Program-made: the position numbers and the translations under genes
Notes under the pieces: generated by a model
The model's database searches: none
Seen by the model: the letters and a program-made list of their open reading frames with translations, nothing else
What the model was told of the DNA's origin: nothing
Part shown: piece by piece, positions 54,745 through 64,000 of the stretch
How the letters are laid out: each line of letters opens with the position of its first letter
Position numbering within the stretch: the first letter of the stretch is position 1
Assembly (NCBI RefSeq): GCF_006345805.1
Contig: NC_043017.1
Span: 2,046,001 to 2,110,000, forward strand
Source: Octopus sinensis
Taxonomy: Eukaryota
Direction: 5' to 3'
Length of the DNA stretch: 64,000 bases

Positions 54745-55120
54745 CTGGCTGTGTGGTAAGTAGCTTGCTTCCCAACGACATTGTTCCGTGTTCAGTCCTT
54801 CAGCAAGGCACCTTGGGCAAGTGTCTTCTACTATAGCTTCGGGCCGTCCAAAGCCTTGTGAGTGGATTTGGTAAATGGAAACTGAAAGAATCCCGTCATA
54901 TATATGTGTATCTATGTGTATGTGTGTGTATATATTTTTATGTCGCTTCACAACCGATGGCGGTGTGTTTACGTCACCGTAACTTAGCGGTTCAGCAAAA
55001 GAGACCGATAGAATTAGTACTAGGCTTACAATGAATAAATCATTGGGGGTCGATTTGTTCGATTAAAAGGTGGTGCTCCAGCATGGCCACAGTCAAAAGT
55101 CTGAAACAAGTAAAAGAATG
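54745..55120 (+). mobile_element. SINE family A
   Basis: Colinear with the other A copies. Confidence 0.88.
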
Positions 55121-55669
55121 AATATGAGTATCTATTAAATCAAGATTGTTCTAGAATGATAGTGGGAAAGAGAGAGAGAGAAAAGGAGAGAGAGAAAGAG
55201 AGAGAAAAGTGGAGGAGTGAAGAAATGTATTTAAAACACTGATGACCGTTAGCGGCTGCGTTATTTCTAAAGTATTCAGATTATACACACATATACTCGC
55301 AGTACCCGCAACGTAAAAGCCCTCCATTGAGCGAAGTATAGATTGGAGAAAGAAATTATGATAGTGGGGGTTAGCAGCAGGGGTCTTGCAGTGAATTCAA
55401 GAGGTGAATTCATGGCTTGCCCACCTACGAGAGGGAAAGAGAAGGAAATACAAATAGACGTGTGGTCTTTGTGCAACGATAATAAGAGAGAATTGAAAGT
55501 GCAAAAATAGTGTGACAGATGTTTGGAAACAGGAAATGAATTGGACAGAGAGGATATCAGTTCTGTGTTGCCGGAATTGAAGGAAGTAGAAGAGGAGTTA
55601 ATGGAGAAGTTTTGACAGAGGTTCAATTCTGCTGAGATTAACGGCACTTCTCAAGCACAAAGTAATGCC

Positions 55670-56120
55670 ATTCATCTCGGTTCACCGTCATCTCCTCTGA
55701 GAAGCTAAACATATTTGGTTAATCTTCACCACTTCGTCCAACGTCTTCCCAGCTTTGACTTTCCAATATGTTCCTTCCACGTTTAGCAATCGACTATTCT
55801 TTATACATTTGTACTCATCCACAAGCATCACTTGAACATACCAGCGCACACTTCGTTCATGCTCTTTACCTCTTATATTCAATTCTTATCCAAGCAGCGT
55901 TGTACTTAGTCGCACAGGCGCACCGACATTGCACATTCGTCGGAGCATATTTGCATCATTTGTTTTAAATCTTCGCATGTCCTCTACATTCACAGCCAAA
56001 GTTCCACAGCCATGTAGCATTGGTGCTCGTACACAGACATCATACAGTCTGCCTTTCATTCTCAGTGAGAGGCTTTTTCTTACAAAGAAAGCTCCAGCCA
56101 ATCTATGTTCCAGCAACTAA
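55670..56120 (-). mobile_element. RTE-clade LINE 3' relic
   Basis: KSLSLRMKGRLYDVCVRAPMLHG...MLRRMCNV...RWYVQVM...GKTLDEVVK, typical of the RTE ORF C-terminus. Confidence 0.85.
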
Positions 56121-56159
56121 AATTTCAGAGCTTCTTTCGGTTTCCAACACCGGTTGTCA

Positions 56160-56385
56160 AATGTGTGTGTATGTTTGTGTATCTGTGTTTCTCACCCAAA
56201 CATCGCTTGACAACCGATGGTGGTGTGTTTACGTCCCCGTAACCTAGCGGTTCAGCAAGAGAGACCGATAGAATAAGTACTAGGCTTACAAAGAATAAGT
56301 TCTGGGATCGATTTGCTCGACTAAAGGCGGTGCTCCAGCATGGCCACTGTCAATTGACTAAAGCAAGTAAAAGAGTAAAAGAGTA
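56160..56385 (+). mobile_element. SINE A 3' half
   Basis: Family tail ending aaaagagtaaaagagta. Confidence 0.9.
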
Positions 56386-56946
56386 AGTGTGGAATATTCC
56401 CATCGAAACTGTTGCTTGCTTCTCATGGGACCAAGCGTTCATTCAACGATGTAAGCAGTTCAGAACCGAACACTCATCGTCGAAACTAATTGAAGATCCA
56501 TTTTATATACATTCTTATTGGCCTGATAAGTTATTAGAATATGTCGTGTGTAATGATACAAATTTAACCAACTTTTGTATTAATATATGTTTTCAGGGAA
56601 AGATGTGTGCAACAAAGATACCGATTTACAGTGTGTGTTGTCAGGGATTATGAGAGAACGGCAGAGTAATGGAAACAGAATTGAAAATACAGGCAAATAA
56701 TATACAAAATATATATATTCGAGCTTTTGATCAATATATGCGCCACGATTCGTGCTTGTATGTGTGTGTATGTGTATAGGTATAAGCCTATGTTGATGTG
56801 ATTATGCGGCAGTAGGCTTGGATTTGCGATGATATATAATGTAGCAATACATAATATATTAATGGATAAACATAAGTGTTGGTGTATGTGTAAATGAGTT
56901 TTTTGGAAATGTATTTACGAATGGACCTAAGACATAGCCATATGTG

Positions 56947-57016
<70 letters not shown>

Positions 57017-57068
57017 TTTAAGCATATATATATATATACATATATATATACATATATATATATATATG

Positions 57069-57168
57069 NNNNNNNNNNNNNNNNNNNNNNNNNNNNNNNN
57101 NNNNNNNNNNNNNNNNNNNNNNNNNNNNNNNNNNNNNNNNNNNNNNNNNNNNNNNNNNNNNNNNNNNN
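57069..57168. other. Assembly gap (100 N)
   Basis: Exactly 100 Ns after an (AT)n tract; probably a placeholder length. Confidence 1.
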
Positions 57169-57389
57169 CTGAAGCAATAGTTTGTGTTAAACTCATCAGA
57201 AAGCAAACCTATTTTGTTGGGGACCAGTAGGAACGTATTGCCGATTTCACCAAAGGGGATCAGGATTAATGTTAGAAAATTAAGCATTCGCTAAAACGAG
57301 ATTCAAAACAATGGTTTGGTCTGAAATTAGTCAGGAATAAAATACATTTGGATTTCGTATGGGACACACGCTATATTTCGAAACAAAGA

Positions 57390-57451
<62 letters not shown>

Positions 57452-57769
57452 TTGTGAGTGTGTGTGTATGTGTGTATGTATGTAAATATATATATACATA
57501 GAGACATACATGCACATACACACACATACACACACTTATTTATATATATATACAGAGAGGAAAAAAAACTTCAGTTACATCAGTTGTCGTTGCTGCTACT
57601 ACTACTACTGCCACTGTTTCTGGTCTGGATGCTGCTTCATGGTGACGCTGGAGCAGAAGAGTGATTAATATTGAAGATTGGGGATTAACGGAACTGGAAT
57701 CATATCTACTCATACGATAATAATTCAATTAGCAGAAAATGAGAAAATAATTATTTGTATCTAATGATA

Positions 57770-57806
<37 letters not shown>

Positions 57807-57975
57807 CATATGTGTGAGAGAGTGCGTGTGTGTGTGTGTACATTTCCGTGTGCCGCATGACTATATCCATACACACATACACACACACAAGCACACACGC
57901 ATACACAAACATACACATATGTACACACACATATTGTTGCTTGATGAGGTGCGTGCTGGTGATTGTATTTTGTCA

Positions 57976-58010
<35 letters not shown>

Positions 58011-58029
58011 TATGTATGCATGCATGGTG

Positions 58030-58099
<70 letters not shown>

Positions 58100-58780
58100 G
58101 CATATATATACTTTGTCCTTTGAATTTCTATAAATTCCATTAATATATATATAATATATATATATATACACACACACAAATATATATATTTATGTTGTGT
58201 TGCAGTTTGAGTGTTTCTCCCTTTGTCTGGTTGTTTCCCTTTGTTCGCTCTCGTTGTGCTTCTTCTGCTTCTTTTCATCTCTTATGAGATTGTCTGTAAT
58301 GTGTGTTTCTCGCTTTCATGTTGTTTCAGCGTTTACATTAATTCACTATTCCTAACAAGTTTCATTAAATTATCTTTAAATAGGAAATACACGATCAATC
58401 ATTTCATTTCGCCTTCCCTGTTTTTGTTTTTAGCTTTCGGATTTAGTGCCGCGCTTCCTCATAGCTCATTCAAACAGATCATCTGAAAAATAATAATGTG
58501 TATATCTCTACCAGCCTACATGATTTTCTATTTTCTTTTCATTGTTATTTTTGCTGGAGTTTATTTATATTTTGTATATTTCTACTTTGTCTCTGGTTTA
58601 TTCTCAGCGTTATTAATATCAATATAAGCAAGTTGGACTTTTTAGTAGTTCGTATATCATCGTATATGAGAACTAGTTATTGAGTCAGTTATTTACTGTT
58701 GTCAATTGGGATCTGAGTCAGGACGTTTGGCGTTACATTCGCTGCAGCAACAGGCATCAAACAGTGAACCATGGATTTGA

Positions 58781-58811
<31 letters not shown>

Positions 58812-58814
58812 ATA

Positions 58815-58852
<38 letters not shown>

Positions 58853-58939
58853 TATATGTATGATATATATATTACTTGAAACTTTGGAAAACCCTTAACG
58901 ATGTCCTACCTGCTTTCCATAATATTCATAGAATCTTTA

Positions 58940-59150
58940 AGGCGGTGAACTGGCAGAATCGTTAGCATTGCTGCCCGAAATGCTAAGCGATGTTTCGTTC
59001 GTCTTTAAAATTTGATTTCAAATGTCGCTGATGTCGACGTTGACTTTAATCTCTTCACGGTCGATAAAATATGTTCCAATTGATCACTGGATTAGATGGG
59101 ATCGAGCGATACCCCTGCCGAGAAACTGCTGGTCTTGTGCCAAAATTGAT
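58940..59150 (+). mobile_element. SINE family B, degenerate
   Basis: ggcggtgaactggcagaatcgttagc head and family tail. Confidence 0.75.
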
Positions 59151-59651
59151 AATTTTTACACATTTACAGCTTAACTTATGCATAAATATCTTATTAGTTG
59201 AGTACATCTTAGTATAACTCCTAGCTTGCATAATGGACTTTTTTTCCCTAATTCGCTAGTTAGTCTCAGATGAATGGTCGGAATTTATTTAATACATTTT
59301 AATAAATATTCTAGAAACTAACGTTTATGCATTTACACAATATATCCTTATGATATTCTTCCGTGACTACATTGATTCGAATTCTACATATGTTGATTAT
59401 CCTCATTCTTATCAAACGAGCACGATGTATATACTGCAGATGATGTTTACAAAGGATGAAACGTGTCTGTCGTTTTCTCTGATTGGTGTTATACAAAGGA
59501 GCCACAATATAGCACATATCTTCTAATATATACTATCCAGTTTATACTACCGTCGATATATATAAATTTTAAATACGTTTTATATTTGGGTGTATAATTA
59601 CACATGGAAAAATGTACGTATATATAATATAGACATGTATGTATAAATACA

Positions 59652-59683
<32 letters not shown>

Positions 59684-59827
59684 GTATATATATTGTGTGT
59701 GTATGTATATATATAATTATATATAGTATGTATATATATAATATATTATATATGTATATATATGTGTATGTATATATATATATATATATGTGTATGTATA
59801 TAATATATATATATATATATGTGTTTG

Positions 59828-59892
<65 letters not shown>

Positions 59893-60797
59893 CTCCTCCA
59901 GCTGGTTTTGCAAATAATGATAGGGCACAGAATGTGTGTCAATAGCCAGCTAGATGAGGTGTCCTCCTGGGGTTACAAGCTACAGTAGCATCCACCTTTA
60001 GGGTTAGCCACATTTAAGTGGAAAATATACTTCACGATGTCGTGCAGTTACTGTTTGTACCTCGCTCAGAGATTTATTATTGCTGATATATATATATAGA
60101 TATACATTCATATATATATATGTAGAAAGAGAGAGAGAAACAGAGAGGTTTTGTTATTTTTTGCTCTTACGTTTTATTGTACTTGTGAATACTTTTTTAA
60201 TCTCAACGAAATCGAAATAGATAAGAATGGTCTCAGTCGTGGCCACCCCGCCTGGCTTTCATTGTGCAGAGTACCTTTAACCATATTACTTATATATGGC
60301 GTTTTCATTTTTTCTTCCAATTTTCATGAGGCTAGCGGAGGATTCGTTTAATATACGCTTGGTATTTCTAGCAAATCAAATGACCAGGTAGAGGCCTGAC
60401 GTTTCGTTGTCTTTATAATGACGTGTTGACTGGAGGAAATGATTGATAAAGATTTTTGCATAATGTCATGTCGATTCCTTTCCCAATATGAACAGAATAG
60501 ATTAAGAGCGAATGTTGAGAGATAGACGAATGAGTATAAGCACGATGCAAGTAAAGATTGTGTTTTGTTGGAGGTAATGGAGAACCCAAACAGAAATGAG
60601 AGTTTGAGATCAAAGTCAACGCTTCAAGACCTAACTATTATATTCTAACCAAATTAATTGTCTCTTTAGGGGTTTCCAGTGTACGATGTAAAATACAGAA
60701 GTTGAAAGGAAGAAGGCTTCGCCATTCCGTTATGTTGCATATACAATCTCCATGACATCAAATTATTGGACTACAGATTTATCTATCAATATACATA

Positions 60798-60835
<38 letters not shown>

Positions 60836-60847
60836 CATTATATATAT

Positions 60848-60879
<32 letters not shown>

Positions 60880-61029
60880 CATATATATATATACATACAT
60901 TCATATATATATATATATATGCACGCACATGCACGCACACACAAACACACATATATATATATGTAGGGCATACATCTATATTATATGTATATATGTGTGT
61001 GTGTGTTGTATGATGTATACATACATATA

Positions 61030-61072
<43 letters not shown>

Positions 61073-62255
61073 TCGTATCTACGCGCTGGTACAGGAAGCT
61101 TTATTTTAATATGTTTGATTTGTGCAGATATATTTAATAGTGATCAATTATCTCTCTATAAACACACGTATGTGCATGCGCAGTTATAATCGTGCGTGCG
61201 CTCAAAGTCGTGCGTATATGGGGGTATAGAATATATCAATATATACATACATGCACATATATATATGTGTGTTTGTGTGTGTATATCTATGATGCGAGGG
61301 AAGAAGATAGATATATAGAGATAGATCGATAGAAAGATAGATACACAACACGAACATTCGAATATACGTATGTGTGTGTTTGCTTGTATGTATTATATAT
61401 AATATATATATATACATATGTGGGAATTATAATATATAATATATATATATATATAATATATTATATATATACACAACATATGTGGCCCCAGCATGGCCAC
61501 ACCTCGTGAGCTGAACTAGATAAAAATTAAAAGAATATATATATCAAATGAATAATTATACGGAGAAAATCATATCTTTATTTATATTAGGTGACAATTT
61601 AAAAAGCCAATAATTGTTTCAATTGCATTAATCTATACATACATACATATATATATATATATTCTTATACACAGATAGATATATATAGATATATAGCCAT
61701 ATACATAATATTATCAGAATTAACAATAACATGTACGAAAATTTATATGAACCCAATATTATCAAGGTAATCCATATTGGTGAAATTTTAACTGATCACC
61801 TGAAAAGATTTTTCCTGTTAAAATCACTAGCATCAAGAAACCCCAAACCAAATTTAACTTTAGACAGTCATTCATTCAACCAAGAACCAAGTCCTTAAAT
61901 TACCAATTTAGTTCATAATTATGCATGCATGCACACACACACATACACACGCGCGTGCAGACGCACTCACGCATGCACCCCCCCACACACACAGTCACAC
62001 GTCACGCGTAATATTTAAAAATAAGGATATTTAGACATGTATCTCAATATATAAGGACGTATATAAGGATATATAAAGTGTCTGTCTGTCTCTCTGTCTA
62101 TCTATCTGTCTTAGTATCTCTGAATCTCTCTATCTATTTAACTGTCTATCTTTTATTTATCCTTCTATCTTTCTGTCTATCTATTAGTCTATCTCTCTAT
62201 ATATTGATTGGTCGATTTATCAATGTATTTATGTTTCTATCTATCTATCTATCTA

Positions 62256-62292
<37 letters not shown>

Positions 62293-62869
62293 ATCTATCT
62301 ATCTATCAGTCTATCTATATGTCTCTCTGTCTTTCTGTATTTATGTATCTATGTATATACGTATATATGTATGAATGAATGTATGTATTACGTATGTGTG
62401 TATGTATGTATGTATGTATGTATGTAGTGTAACGCATAATTGTATTTTGTGCAAAAACTATATTCACTTTAATATCTGAATTCTCATTGGAACAAAGGTA
62501 TCGTTGGTATAAAATAATGTGTCTGCGTATTTAGTGTACCGAGTTTGATGCTTAATAACATATTCCATCAATGTATTAATGTGATAGACTAATTTGTATA
62601 ACATAACAAAATATCAGACAGTTTATAAATGTATTTAGTTGAATGCAGTAATATATATTTAGTTAGCGTAATATTAAATTATGCGGTATATAAAATATAG
62701 TTTCTGTAATAGCGATGTGTAATTGTCTTTCAGCTGCTAAAGCAATAGAATATGGCGTATTATAATTATTACTGTGTTAGTATAGTTAGCGTATTTTTAT
62801 TAACAGAATTATTAACAGAATGTATTATTAGCTTTTTTATTGTTGTAGACTGTGTAACAATTTCACATA

Positions 62870-62888
62870 CTCATGTGTTGCAGTAGTT

Positions 62889-62939
<51 letters not shown>

Positions 62940-62956
62940 ATAGTAGTAGTAGTAGT

Positions 62957-63018
<62 letters not shown>

Positions 63019-63043
63019 CAGCAGCAGCAGTAGTAGTAGTAGT

Positions 63044-63075
<32 letters not shown>

Positions 63076-63082
63076 TACTAGT

Positions 63083-63141
<59 letters not shown>
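62870..63141. repeat. (TAG)n/(CAG)n array
   Basis: Direct inspection; source of the poly-Ser ORF 62873..63181. Confidence 0.97.
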
Positions 63142-63143
<2 letters not shown>

Positions 63144-63590
63144 TAAAAAACCTACTACTAGGGTCAGATGCTAAACTCTAAATTTCACAGAGAACAATCT
63201 TCAAGTTGACACCGCTGCGTTAAAAGCAGAAAAATTCTGTCTCTCCAATTTTTTCCCCCACATCATACCTTCAAAGCAATGAGACTGGAAGGCTACATTA
63301 TTACAATCGATTTTCAGATTATTCACTGCCTTTTAAAAAAATGCGAATTTTGTGAATGAAAAAAAAACTAGATCCCTTATTTCTAGCAATGTCGGTGCTT
63401 CAGCACCCTTAGTAACATTTAGTGACGAGTGAATTTTTCCTGTATGTTATCATATTACTCTTAGCTGTTTATATTAATTTTGTGTTTGTGTGTGTTGTGT
63501 TGTGTGTGTGTGTATTGGTTCTCATCTCTCAGCTTCATTATCTTCGCCAACTCCAGCACAAACGCAACAAGGGACAACAACACCATCAGT

Positions 63591-63775
63591 GGAGGCGCAA
63601 TGACCAAGTAGATGGGCAGCTGACTCGCGGTCGTAAGAACGCGGTTTTGATTCCCAGACCGGGCATTGTGAGTGTTTATTGAGCAAAAACACCTAAGATC
63701 CACGAGGCTCCGGCGGGGGAGACTGGGTGAACCCCGCTCTACTCTTTCACCACAACTTTCTCTCACTCTTTCTTA
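63591..63775 (+). mobile_element. SINE family E (5' two-thirds)
   Basis: Colinear with 23512-23690. Confidence 0.8.
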
Positions 63776-64000
63776 CTACTTCTGCCACAAGGCAGAGGAA
63801 CCATGGTGTAACCCACTATGGTGTGGTAAACTTTCAGACCCTAGTCTAGATTGCGAATCCTCTGTACCCCAGGATGGTTCAGCTCTCCACCCGTTAAAAG
63901 ACACCGTTTACGGAATGAGGATAACAACGTAGCTTTCGCACCCGTGCAACCGCCATTCTATAGTGTGTGGTGGGTGGATCTTCAAGTTGCCGCACGCATT

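Noticed and set aside
57185-57205. CTGATGA-GTTT/AAAC hammerhead-like start (minus strand)
   Set aside because: No GAAA after helix II.
57210-57290. LILIPFGEIGNTFLLV resembling a GPCR TM1 GxxGN motif
   Set aside because: Charged Glu within the putative helix, no further TM exons found, and adjacent to a gap.
15600-60620. Protein-like frames interrupted by a single TAG (about 15711, 20535, 50513, 60519) that A-to-I editing could turn into Trp
   Set aside because: Run lengths are within chance for AT-rich DNA, no homology supports them, and some of these TAGs are equally explained as splice acceptors.
62873-63181. Poly-Ser ORF
   Set aside because: (AGT/AGC)n repeat.

Overview
AT-rich, repeat-saturated eukaryotic DNA that looks intronic or intergenic, with one 100-N scaffold gap. 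The SINE and LINE families are ones I recognise from octopus genomes (recognition from memory, not a database search). No host gene can be named: nearly all long ORFs in the track are microsatellite artefacts, and only weak candidate exons are visible. Supported content: (1) a 5'-truncated R4/Dong-clade non-LTR retrotransposon (RT, CCHC knuckle, restriction-like endonuclease; three lesions) in a (TAA)n array that has collected three retro-insertions; (2) relics of CR1/L2, L1/Tx1, RTE and Penelope-like (PLE) elements; (3) a complete 306-bp non-autonomous Helitron; (4) roughly 35 SINE copies or fragments in four self-similarity families, here called A, B, C and E; (5) a degenerate tRNA-Asp; (6) several near-perfect hairpins. 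The most notable signal is a set of minimal type-I hammerhead ribozyme motifs in PLE-like termini: one with an intact core at 31505-31539 (-), a same-strand pair at 40692-40931, and degenerate copies elsewhere.
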